Source of the DNA: Candidatus Beckwithbacteria bacterium
Lineage (GTDB): Bacteria; Patescibacteriota; Microgenomatia; UBA1400; CG1-02-47-37
Length of the DNA: 55,519 bases
Direction: 5' to 3'
Assembly (NCBI GenBank): GCA_043803225.1
Contig: JAZDKF010000024.1
Span: 1-55,519 of the forward strand
In this document: one piece after another, positions 1-8,166 of the stretch
Numbering within the stretch: position 1 is the first letter of the stretch
Layout: every line of letters begins with the position of its first letter
Position numbers and translations under genes: made by a program
The notes under the pieces: model-generated
What the model was told of the DNA's origin: nothing
Databases searched by the model: none
What the model saw: the letters and a program-made list of their open reading frames with translations, nothing else

Positions 1-2340
1 GGCACAATTTCCAGCTGGCAAGAGGCAGGAACGATACCTCAATCAAATATTGGGTTTGGTTTAATCGAACATAACGGACATTTAATTATTGTCGGCGGTT
101 ATGGGCAAACCGGATATTTAGATAAAGTTTATACTGCTTTGATTAATCCTGATGGCACAGTTGGGACTTTTTCAGCTACAACTCCCCTACCTGAACCATT
201 AAACAGCGAGGTGGTAAAGGTTGACAATAAAGTTATTTCTATTGGCGGTGGCGGGGTTGGAGGTTTGTTGAATAAAGTTTATTACGCTGATTTAAATGAT
301 GATGGCACTGTAGGCAGCTGGTTAACCAGCGCCAACTCTTTACCTTTGCCTAGCTGCTGCCAGGGAGTAGCCGTAGCCAACGGTTATGTATTTGTGACTG
401 GCGGCTGGATGGCAAGCGGTTACCTGGATACTGTTTATTCTGCTAAATTAAACTTGTCTTCATCATCCCCCTCCCCTTCTCCGATTATTAACCCAATTGT
501 TTTATTGCCAGGACTAGGCGGTAGTTGGAATACTCAAGCGATGATTACCGGCTCTTCAGGAGGAACTTGGAAAAAGACGCCATTTATGAAAGTCTATGAC
601 AACTTAAAAAATACATTTCTTTCAATCACCGATTATATTGAAGGCGATACATATTTTGAGTTTTATTATGATTGGCGGCAACCCTTAGATTTATTAGCCG
701 ACCAACTCGATCATTACATTAATAACACAGTCTTAGATAATAAGCCGATTGAAACAAAAGTAAATTTAGTTGGTCATAGTATGGGGGGAATGGTGGCCAG
801 AATTTATGCACAAAATTACGGTTTAGATAAGATTAATCAGGTGGTCACTTCCGGTTCGCCTCACCAAGGAGCAATTAAAGCCTGGCTTGGCTGGTCAGGA
901 GCTGAAATTGGTGACTACTGGTCCTGGGAATGGATCGGCTTACAACTGTATTTACAAGTTCACAAGCTCAAGTATGCTTCACCGGTAATAGCAGTAAGAG
1001 ATTTGGCTCCAGGTCTGTCTAATCTGATGCCGACATTTGATTTTGTTAAAGATAAAGATGACCAAGTGTTACCAGTAATTAACATGAGCGGATTTAACAG
1101 CTATCTTAATAACTTAAACTCAGAGTTATTGACTGATTTTAAAACCTTATTAACTACTATCAGCGGCAAGGAGCAAGCTGCGGATAAAGATTCAGTGGAA
1201 TGGATTAAACTAACAGATAGAACTTTAACTGACAAACTCCTGGGTAAATGGTCAGATGGCCGGCCTGATACTTATGAATACACTGCTGACGGAGATTTAA
1301 CGGTTTTACAAAAAAGTGCCCTGATTGATCAAGCTAGCCAAGTTACGGTTAATGCCAACCATGTTGATTTAGTCCAGACGGCTGAAGGAATTCAAGCAAT
1401 CTTGTCAGCTTTAGGTCTGTCAGCTACACCGATAACTAACAGCAACGAAATTCCCAGAAATCCATCCCTGGTATTTTTTCTTCATTCACCGGCTAATTTA
1501 TTAGTCACAGCCCCAGATGGTTTAAAGGCCGGAGAGGGCGTGAGTAATCCAATCCCTAACAGTATTTACAGTAGTGAAGATAAGTTATTAATCATTTACA
1601 ACACCCTCCCGGGAAATTATCAAGTAGAAGTTACCGGAACCGAGAGTGGAATTTACCACTTGGAGATTGGCCGTTTAACTAATAATAGCGAGATTTGGGA
1701 CAGAACCAGCAACCAAACAGCTTATAATCAAATAGATAAGTTTCAATTAAGTTTTGAAAGTGGATTACAAATTACATCTGTCAATCAAGGTCTAGAACTG
1801 GCTAAATTTAGGCTAAACCAGTTAAAGGTTGAAATTAATCAATCAAGTCTGCCTAAAATAAAAAAACGGAATATAATTGTTTATATTGATCAGGTAATCA
1901 GATTAATTAATCATCCACATGAGAAAAAAATTATTCAGGCGGCGATTATTAATACCTATGAGCTAAGACAAAAAATCGATAAATTCGGCCAGAGCCAAAT
2001 CGAGTGGAAATCTTCTGTCAATGAAATCGGTGAAGTTTTAATACAAGCGTTTATTCAGTCAGACAGCCAATCAACTCCTAAAGTAACTCTGAAATTAGCC
2101 AAACAGCAACTAAAAGGTGCGGAGAAAACATTATCCCAGATTAAAGATAAAGTTGCCAAAAAGATCAGCGGCGAAAATGCTCAGATCGGTGAGGCATTAG
2201 CTTACAGCGAAACACTGTTAGCAAACAGCCAAAATGATTTTAATCAAAAAAACTTTGGGGCAGCGTTTATCCAAGCTCTGGCTTCCAGGGTGATCGCCCA
2301 GGAAGTTAATTTAATGGTAAAATTAGCCGATGACTACTAG
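1..2340 (+). CDS. 5'-partial multidomain protein: Kelch-like beta-propeller repeats + Ser/Pro linker + PGAP1/LCAT-like alpha/beta hydrolase (lipase) + helical C-terminus
   Basis: Frame 1 is open from base 1 (GTISSWQEAG...), so the track start at 139 is internal. Repeats of type IIVGG...DKVY.A.IN.DGT.GSW; SSSSPSPSP linker; PIVLLPGLGGS oxyanion motif; YDWR; nucleophile elbow GHSMGG; GSPHQG; DGD..V and H for the triad. Confidence 0.8.
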   Translation, partial: GTISSWQEAGTIPQSNIGFGLIEHNGHLIIVGGYGQTGYLDKVYTALINPDGTVGTFSATTPLPEPLNSEVVKVDNKVISIGGGGVGGLLNKVYYADLNDDGTVGSWLTSANSLPLPSCCQGVAVANGYVFVTGGWMASGYLDTVYSAKLNLSSSSPSPSPIINPIVLLPGLGGSWNTQAMITGSSGGTWKKTPFMKVYDNLKNTFLSITDYIEGDTYFEFYYDWRQPLDLLADQLDHYINNTVLDNKPIETKVNLVGHSMGGMVARIYAQNYGLDKINQVVTSGSPHQGAIKAWLGWSGAEIGDYWSWEWIGLQLYLQVHKLKYASPVIAVRDLAPGLSNLMPTFDFVKDKDDQVLPVINMSGFNSYLNNLNSELLTDFKTLLTTISGKEQAADKDSVEWIKLTDRTLTDKLLGKWSDGRPDTYEYTADGDLTVLQKSALIDQASQVTVNANHVDLVQTAEGIQAILSALGLSATPITNSNEIPRNPSLVFFLHSPANLLVTAPDGLKAGEGVSNPIPNSIYSSEDKLLIIYNTLPGNYQVEVTGTESGIYHLEIGRLTNNSEIWDRTSNQTAYNQIDKFQLSFESGLQITSVNQGLELAKFRLNQLKVEINQSSLPKIKKRNIIVYIDQVIRLINHPHEKKIIQAAIINTYELRQKIDKFGQSQIEWKSSVNEIGEVLIQAFIQSDSQSTPKVTLKLAKQQLKGAEKTLSQIKDKVAKKISGENAQIGEALAYSETLLANSQNDFNQKNFGAAFIQALASRVIAQEVNLMVKLADDY
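2315..2323 (+). promoter_or_regulatory. Extended -10 promoter (TGgTAAAAT), leaderless transcript of transaldolase
   Basis: TGGTAAAAT ends 6 nt before ATG 2330; no Shine-Dalgarno. Confidence 0.6.
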
Positions 2341-3145
2341 AATCTTTTTAGACAGTGCTGATCCACAGGAAACAAAAGTGGCTTTAGAATTACTGGGAAA
2401 GTTAGACGGCCAGACAACTAATCCGTCGCTGATTGCCAAAAACCCGCAAGTCCAGGACCAGAAATTTTCCAAAGAAGAAGTCTATGCTTTTTATCAAAAA
2501 GTGGTCGAGGAAATTTCCCGGCTAATCCCCAACGGTTCGGTTTCAGTTGAAGTTTATGCGGATATGACCACGTCGGTAGAACAAATTTTAACTCAGGCAA
2601 AAGAGATGAATACCTGGATTCCTAATGCCCATATTAAACTGCCAATTATTAAAAACGGATTGGTTGCAGCGGAACAGTTGGTAAAAGAAAGTATAAACGT
2701 TAACCTGACTTTGTGTTTTTCCCAACAGCAGGCGGCGGCAGTTTACGCTGCTACCAAAGGGGCTAAAAAAGGCCAGGTATTTTTATCGCCATTTATTGGC
2801 CGGCTGGATGATAAAGGCATTAATGGTTTGGATTTGATTAAAAACATTTTGGAAATGTATAAAAATGGTGATGGCCATGTGGAAGTCTTATCGGCCAGTA
2901 TCAGAAACTTGAACCATCATCTAAGCTGTATTAAGCTTCAAACTGATTTAATCACTTCTCCCCTATCAATTTTAAAACAATGGCAGAAAAAACAAGTAGT
3001 TGAACCAATAGTGCAATCATTAAAACCAATGAATTATGAAGAAGTTGATTTAAACCAACCTTGGGAGAGTTATCAGCTTCAGCAAGATTTAACTGACGCC
3101 GGATTGGAAAAGTTTTGCGCTGACTGGCAGGGAATGATTAAGTAG
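2330..3145 (+). CDS. tal: Transaldolase / fructose-6-phosphate aldolase family
   Basis: IFLDSAD, GQTTNPSL, Schiff-base Lys in HIKLP, NLTLCFS, SPFIGRLDD, ASIR motifs. Confidence 0.9.
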   Translation: MTTRIFLDSADPQETKVALELLGKLDGQTTNPSLIAKNPQVQDQKFSKEEVYAFYQKVVEEISRLIPNGSVSVEVYADMTTSVEQILTQAKEMNTWIPNAHIKLPIIKNGLVAAEQLVKESINVNLTLCFSQQQAAAVYAATKGAKKGQVFLSPFIGRLDDKGINGLDLIKNILEMYKNGDGHVEVLSASIRNLNHHLSCIKLQTDLITSPLSILKQWQKKQVVEPIVQSLKPMNYEEVDLNQPWESYQLQQDLTDAGLEKFCADWQGMIK

Positions 3146-3512
3146 GAGTTAGACCTAAATCGTTACAATTAAAATCAATATAATCAGCTTCGGATAAAAT
3201 TAATGTTAACATTAATGCTTCATCATCAGCTTGCAGGTTTTGATTTCCAATAGTAATTTTTTCACAATTTACAATTCTCACTCTTCGTTTCATTCCATCC
3301 TTCAATCCCGAGTATTCTAAATAAACACCGCTTTCTAAAAGCAAGGCATTATTGCATCTGTTAAAAATATCGTCATTATGGCCGACTGATCGAAGTATTA
3401 CTCGAGTTAGATATTGAGTTATTTCCCCAAAAACTGGAGAAAAATCAACAAATTCGTCTCCCTCGCTTTGTTGTGAAATTGAAATAATTTCCTGAGGGAT
3501 TCTTTCTGGCAT
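3138..3512 (-). CDS. Hypothetical protein (124 aa orphan)
   Basis: ATG-started ORF filling the gap between tRNA-Val and the convergent tal; no recognisable motif. Confidence 0.6.
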   Translation of the reverse strand: MPERIPQEIISISQQSEGDEFVDFSPVFGEITQYLTRVILRSVGHNDDIFNRCNNALLLESGVYLEYSGLKDGMKRRVRIVNCEKITIGNQNLQADDEALMLTLILSEADYIDFNCNDLGLTPT

Positions 3513-3549
3513 AATTATTATAAAATAAATAATCTTTATTATAGGTTAA

Positions 3550-3626
3550 TGGTGGACTCTGAAGGGCTCGAACCTTCGACCTCACGAATGTGAATCGTGC
3601 GCTCTGACCAGCTGAGCTAAGAGTCC
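3550..3626 (-). tRNA. tRNA-Val (anticodon CAC)
   Basis: Minus strand: GGACTCT acceptor pairs with AGAGTCC, followed by A-CCA; D arm TAGCTCAGCTGGTCAGAGC; anticodon stem CACGA/TCGTG with loop TT-CAC-AT; T arm GGTTCGAGCC. Confidence 0.97.
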
Positions 3627-3635
3627 GATATCCAA

Positions 3636-3664
3636 TTGACCTATTATAACAAAAGGTATAGCCT
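3636..3664 (+). promoter_or_regulatory. Sigma70-type promoter for lepB (TTGACC-17-TAGCCT), leaderless
   Basis: TTGACC 3636-3641, 17-nt spacer, TAGCCT 3659-3664, 7 nt before ATG 3672. Confidence 0.45.
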
Positions 3665-3671
3665 ATTAACT

Positions 3672-4244
3672 ATGGAAGATGATAGTATTTTACGAAAAAT
3701 CTGGCTGTGGTTTTTGGATTTTGTGGAAACAATTGTGATTGCTTTGGCGATTTTTGTAGTGATGTATAGATTTTTATTCCAACCGCACCAGGTTAACGGC
3801 AGTTCAATGTATGATAATTTCCATGACGGCGAATATCTTTTAACTGATAAGGTCAGTTATCGTTTTCATTTACCTGTTTTTGGAGACGTAGTCGTATTTA
3901 AAGCTCCGAAAAATGAAGATTATGACTATATTAAACGGATTGTTGGTTTACCGGGTGACCGGGTAAAGATAGAGAATGGTAAAGTTTGGCTTAATAATCA
4001 GCTCTTAGATGAATCTAAATATTTATCACCGGCAATCAACACTCAAGCCGGATATTACGCTAAAGAAGGCTTAACTGTAACAGTTCCGGCTGATAATTAC
4101 TTTGTCTTAGGTGATAACCGAAATAATTCCAGCGATTCACGCGATTGGGGATTTGTTCCGATAACTAATATAGTCGGAAAAGCCTGGATTAGATACTGGC
4201 CTTTAAACAACCTAGGCGTGATTGACAAATATCCCAATGATTAA
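3672..4244 (+). CDS. lepB: Signal peptidase I
   Basis: N-terminal TM, V.GSSM (catalytic Ser), GDVVVF, YIKRIVGLPGD (catalytic Lys), GDNRNNSSDSR. ATG 3672 preferred over the TTG at 3636. Confidence 0.95.
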   Translation: MEDDSILRKIWLWFLDFVETIVIALAIFVVMYRFLFQPHQVNGSSMYDNFHDGEYLLTDKVSYRFHLPVFGDVVVFKAPKNEDYDYIKRIVGLPGDRVKIENGKVWLNNQLLDESKYLSPAINTQAGYYAKEGLTVTVPADNYFVLGDNRNNSSDSRDWGFVPITNIVGKAWIRYWPLNNLGVIDKYPND

Positions 4245-4741
4245 CTGATTGCGGCTTGTAACAAAGTGTAAGACTCGATCAAATTTTCCTTATAATAAAT
4301 TTTGGCTACTTTTGGAACGTTCCGATCCAAACACTTCATTGCGGCAAGACGCGCTTGCATGGCCGGGTAGAGCTTTGCAGGTTCAACGCCGTAAATATCC
4401 GAGAAAATTCCAGCTAAACTTTCAACCGTAGGCTCTTCTGGTGTCAATAAATCTAAATCAATGTCAAAGTTAAGCCCGGTTTCTTGGCTTAATTGCTGCC
4501 AATAACCTACTAATCCTTCTTTCACTGGTGGTTGATTTATATCTGGTCTAACTTGGGCAACCACTTTCTTGGCTGCCTCAAAGCTTAAATCAAACTGATG
4601 CCTTAATAGGGCGATTTGAAGATGAAAGGCTTTTTCATGGTTTCCGGATAAGTCAGCAAATAAAGCTTCTGTTTCAAATTCGGCCAAAACAAGAGGGACA
4701 AAATTAGTAAATCGCGGAGCTAATTTTTGTTCTGTTCCCAT
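4241..4741 (-). CDS. Hypothetical protein (166 aa orphan, helical)
   Basis: ATG ORF preceded by AAAGGA; fills the gap between parB and the convergent lepB. Confidence 0.65.
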   Translation of the reverse strand: MGTEQKLAPRFTNFVPLVLAEFETEALFADLSGNHEKAFHLQIALLRHQFDLSFEAAKKVVAQVRPDINQPPVKEGLVGYWQQLSQETGLNFDIDLDLLTPEEPTVESLAGIFSDIYGVEPAKLYPAMQARLAAMKCLDRNVPKVAKIYYKENLIESYTLLQAAIS

Positions 4742-4764
4742 TTTTTCCTTTCAGGCAGGAAAAA
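4742..4764. terminator. Hairpin immediately after the parB stop (possible terminator/attenuator)
   Basis: TTTTTCCT-ttcaggc-AGGAAAAA inverted repeat; weak stem that also covers the downstream RBS. Confidence 0.3.
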
Positions 4765-4765
4765 T

Positions 4766-5593
4766 TTAAGCTTGAGCAATCGCTTTAACGATTTTTTCGA
4801 GTTTAGAATTAGTGACATCGGGAGCGCCTTTTAAGACAATAAGCAGTCTGGTTTCCCGTTGAGTCCGGATGAGTTTAACTTTGCTGTTGCTCCCGAGAGA
4901 CAGGCTGAGTTTGGCAGTCATTTCATCAACTTGCTGGCTGACAATATGAGCAGGACGATTAGTCGGAGAAGAAACAGCCTGGCCGGTTTTGTCTTTCATC
5001 CGACGGGCAAGATCTTCAGCCCGACGGACAGAACCGGATTCTTTTAAGATAATTTTATAGGCCTCGATCATGGCACCCTTGTCTTCAATTGAAGCTAAGG
5101 CCCGGGCATGGCCTTCAGTAATCAAACCGGAAATTAAACCATCAGTTAATGCATCAGGCAAAGACAGAAGTTTTAAAGTGTTGGAAATATAGGCCGGACT
5201 TTTGCCGATTCGTTTGGAAATTTCGGCATTGGAAAGATCAAACTCTTCAATTAAACGTTCAAAAGCTTTAGCCCGATCAATGGCATTAAGGTCAGTCCGC
5301 TGAACATTTTCCACCAGCGCCATTTCCAGCATTCCCTGAGGCGAAGTTTCTTTAATAATACAGGGAACTTGATTAAGACCAGCCAGTTTGGCAGCCCGCC
5401 AACGGCGTTCGCCGGCAATTAACTGATAACCAGCCGGAGTATGGGCAATAATTAATGGTTCAATAATACCGTGCTCACGGATTGAATCAACTAAGTCCAT
5501 TAAGGAATCAGGGGTAATCATACCTCGAGGCTGAAGTGGATTGGCTTGGATTTGAGCAATGTCTAAATGATGGATATTGTCTTTATCTGGCAT
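4766..5593 (-). CDS. parB: Chromosome partitioning protein ParB/Spo0J
   Basis: NPLQPR, IIEPLII, AGERRWRAA (box II), ENVQRTDLN, HTH (GKSPAYISNTL), GHARAL. Confidence 0.95.
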   Translation of the reverse strand: MPDKDNIHHLDIAQIQANPLQPRGMITPDSLMDLVDSIREHGIIEPLIIAHTPAGYQLIAGERRWRAAKLAGLNQVPCIIKETSPQGMLEMALVENVQRTDLNAIDRAKAFERLIEEFDLSNAEISKRIGKSPAYISNTLKLLSLPDALTDGLISGLITEGHARALASIEDKGAMIEAYKIILKESGSVRRAEDLARRMKDKTGQAVSSPTNRPAHIVSQQVDEMTAKLSLSLGSNSKVKLIRTQRETRLLIVLKGAPDVTNSKLEKIVKAIAQA

Positions 5594-5595
5594 AT

Positions 5596-5844
5596 TTAAG
5601 CTTTAATTGAAACTAATTTACGGCCTTGTTTTTTAAAAAAGTTTACCATGCCATCACGCAAAGCAAATAAGGTAAAGTCCCGGCCCATACCGACGCCTTC
5701 GCCAGCATGGAACTTGGTACCTTTTTGGCGGACGATGATCATACCGGTAGTCGCTTTTTGGCCACCGAATAGCTTAACCCCACGGCGTTTTCCGGCTCGG
5801 GGAGGATGTTGTCTGGTTGAACCTGAAGCTTTTTTCTTGGACAT
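5596..5844 (-). CDS. rpmA: 50S ribosomal protein L27
   Basis: [32 protein letters not shown]; downstream of rplU. Confidence 0.97.
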   Translation of the reverse strand: MSKKKASGSTRQHPPRAGKRRGVKLFGGQKATTGMIIVRQKGTKFHAGEGVGMGRDFTLFALRDGMVNFFKKQGRKLVSIKA

Positions 5845-5851
5845 GAACTGA

Positions 5852-6166
5852 TTATACGGTAATTTTCACGATTTTAACACACGTAATTTGCTGGCGGTGG
5901 CCTTGAACTTTACGATACTTAGATTTGGCCTTATATTTGGCTACCCGAATCTTTTTATCTTTTTTTTGTTCAAGAATTTCAGCGGTTACCAAGCCGGTCT
6001 TTATAATCGGCTGGCCAACTACCACTTTTTTACCGTCAACAACCAGTAAAACTTGATCAAGCTTTAATTTGTCTTTTAACTTACCGTTAAGCTTATTAAC
6101 CGTAATCACTTCTCCCTCAGAAACCCGGTATTGCTTGCCGCTTAATTGAATGACTGCGTACTTCAT
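5852..6166 (-). CDS. rplU: 50S ribosomal protein L21
   Basis: MKYAVI..GKQYRV.EG and KYK.K..YRK..GHRQ..T motifs. Confidence 0.97.
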   Translation of the reverse strand: MKYAVIQLSGKQYRVSEGEVITVNKLNGKLKDKLKLDQVLLVVDGKKVVVGQPIIKTGLVTAEILEQKKDKKIRVAKYKAKSKYRKVQGHRQQITCVKIVKITV

Positions 6167-6184
6167 ATGGAGCGTATTATAGAG

Positions 6185-7078
6185 TTAGTTGGTCATGAAG
6201 GCAACCCCAAGTCCACCATCTCCGGCATAGATACCAATGGCTGAGGCAGTAACGTCTTTAATTAATATTTCTCCCGGGTAAATTTCTTGAAGCATTCCCT
6301 GTAAGTCGGTAGCCATTGACAGATTATTGGTATGCAATACAGCCAGTCTGGCTATTTCTTTCGACCCACAAGCTTCAACGATAGTATTTTTTAGGGTACT
6401 GGGCATTTTCCCGACTGTTCGAACCAGACTAATTTTATCTAATTCACCTGAATCTCCCAACATGCCTAATAATGGATAAGTTCGTATCTTGGTTGCAAGC
6501 CAGGCTTTTGTTTGCGATACCCGGCCGCTTTTAACTAAGTTTTCATAAGTAGACAAACCGAAAACAAAACCGGTGTTGGGAATTGCGTCAATTACTCCCT
6601 GATTAATTTCCTCTAATGAAGCTTGTTGCGCTGCCATTTTGGCGGCTAATTCTACTAAGAAAAACATAGCTAATGATATTCTTTTTGAATCGACAACATT
6701 AATTAATAACCCTGGTTTTGCTTCCATAACCTTGTCAGCTGCAGTTCGGGCAGAACTATAGGCAGCAGAAAGTTTCGAAGTTATATGGATAGAAATAATT
6801 TGGTTAGTTTTTTCGGCTAAATGCGGGTAAATCTCTAAAGCTGAGCCTTGAACTGAACCGTCAGTAGTTGGCAGAGCTGGGGATTGTTGCAGCTTATTAC
6901 GAAATTCATCAGGGGTTAAGTTTCCATCAGCATATGATTGAGTTTCTCCGTTAATAGTAAAATTTATGTGAAGAGGTAAAACAGAAATATTTAGGCCTCG
7001 AGCAAGCAAATCTTCTTGACTAAAGGAACAACTACTATCAGTGACAACCGCTACCTTATTTTCATTTTCAACTCCCAT
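6185..7078 (-). CDS. DegV/FakB family fatty-acid-binding protein
   Basis: VAVVTDSS, ISIHITSKLSAAY.SA, VVDS, L.KSGR, G...G.GGLGVAF. Confidence 0.9.
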   Translation of the reverse strand: MGVENENKVAVVTDSSCSFSQEDLLARGLNISVLPLHINFTINGETQSYADGNLTPDEFRNKLQQSPALPTTDGSVQGSALEIYPHLAEKTNQIISIHITSKLSAAYSSARTAADKVMEAKPGLLINVVDSKRISLAMFFLVELAAKMAAQQASLEEINQGVIDAIPNTGFVFGLSTYENLVKSGRVSQTKAWLATKIRTYPLLGMLGDSGELDKISLVRTVGKMPSTLKNTIVEACGSKEIARLAVLHTNNLSMATDLQGMLQEIYPGEILIKDVTASAIGIYAGDGGLGVAFMTN

Positions 7079-8159
7079 ATATTTCGGACAGAAAAACGGA
7101 ATTCTTTATATTGGCGTGGCGGCTGAGATTATGGGCTAAACCTAAACAGATAGCAATGGCCAGCAATGAACTGCCGCCGCTGGAAACCAGAGGCAGGGTA
7201 ATGCCAGTGATCGGCAGGAGACCTAAGTTCATCCCGATATTAACCGTAAATTGAAAAAAGATTAAGGTAAAGATTCCAATACCGATTAATTGACCGAAAC
7301 TATCCGGCGCCCTTTGGCTAATTATCAATAATCTGGCAAGTAAAAAGAAAAAAGCGATAATCAAAGTTAATGAGCCCAATAAACCGCCTTCTTCGGCTAA
7401 AGAGGCAAAGATAAAGTCAGTGTGGCGTTCAGGCAGAAATTGAAGTTGTGACTGTGGACCATGGCCAAGTCCCCGGCCGAAGAGGCCGCCGGAACCAACC
7501 GCAATTATAGATTGAATTGAATGATAACCGCTGGCTTTGGGATCGGCGTAAGGATTGATAAAACTGGCAATCCGCTGCTGTTGATAGGGTTTTAAATAGT
7601 TCCAGGCCAATGGAGTAAAAAATAAACTAAGAAACACGATCGCGGTTAACCCATAAAACGGAAGTTTAGAGGCGACTAAAATTCCCAGCCAGATGGCAAT
7701 AATGACCAAGGTACTGCCTAAATCAGGCTGTTTAAAGATTAAAAAAGCCGGGACAAGCAATAAAGAAAAATAGCTAGAAATAGTTTTTAGTTTAGAGGTT
7801 ATTTTAGCTTGGGATAAATAATAACTAAAAATAATAATCAAAAACGGTTTGATTATTTCCGAAGGCTGCAAAGTCAGTGAGCCAATTTGAATCCAGCGGA
7901 TTGTGCCGCGAGTCAAAGTACCAAAGACAAAAGGCAGGATCAGTAAAATAATTGAGCCAATTAGATAAATTTTCACTAAATGCTGATGGGATGAGTAAGA
8001 AAAGTTAGCGGTAATTAGAAAAGCAACCAGGCTGATAACAGTGAAAATTAACTGTTCCAGGCCAATGGCTGGAGCAGAAGAAAAAATTGCCGCAAGACCA
8101 ATAATTAAAATGATCAAGGCTGGCAGGATTAACTTCCAGTCGATAAAAAACCGCCTCAT
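7068..8159 (-). CDS. rodA: SEDS peptidoglycan glycosyltransferase RodA
   Basis: RWI, QPSE..K, QPDLGS, YQ..RI, AVGSGG, LPE.HTDFIF, PITGITLPLVS.GGSS. ATG 8159 preferred (avoids overlap with ileS). Confidence 0.92.
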   Translation of the reverse strand: MRRFFIDWKLILPALIILIIGLAAIFSSAPAIGLEQLIFTVISLVAFLITANFSYSSHQHLVKIYLIGSIILLILPFVFGTLTRGTIRWIQIGSLTLQPSEIIKPFLIIIFSYYLSQAKITSKLKTISSYFSLLLVPAFLIFKQPDLGSTLVIIAIWLGILVASKLPFYGLTAIVFLSLFFTPLAWNYLKPYQQQRIASFINPYADPKASGYHSIQSIIAVGSGGLFGRGLGHGPQSQLQFLPERHTDFIFASLAEEGGLLGSLTLIIAFFFLLARLLIISQRAPDSFGQLIGIGIFTLIFFQFTVNIGMNLGLLPITGITLPLVSSGGSSLLAIAICLGLAHNLSRHANIKNSVFLSEIYGS

Positions 8160-8166
8160 AGCTTGA

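Noticed and set aside
3142-3157. TAGGAGTTAGACCTA at the tal/orphan convergence
   Set aside because: 4-bp arms only; too weak to call a repeat or terminator.
3138-3626. Possible integrated element at the tRNA-Val 3' end
   Set aside because: No integrase and no duplicated tRNA 3' end (att) found by eye in the window.
4766-5593. parB without adjacent parA or parS
   Set aside because: No canonical parS seen by eye; separated parA and parB genes are not unusual and parA may lie outside the window.
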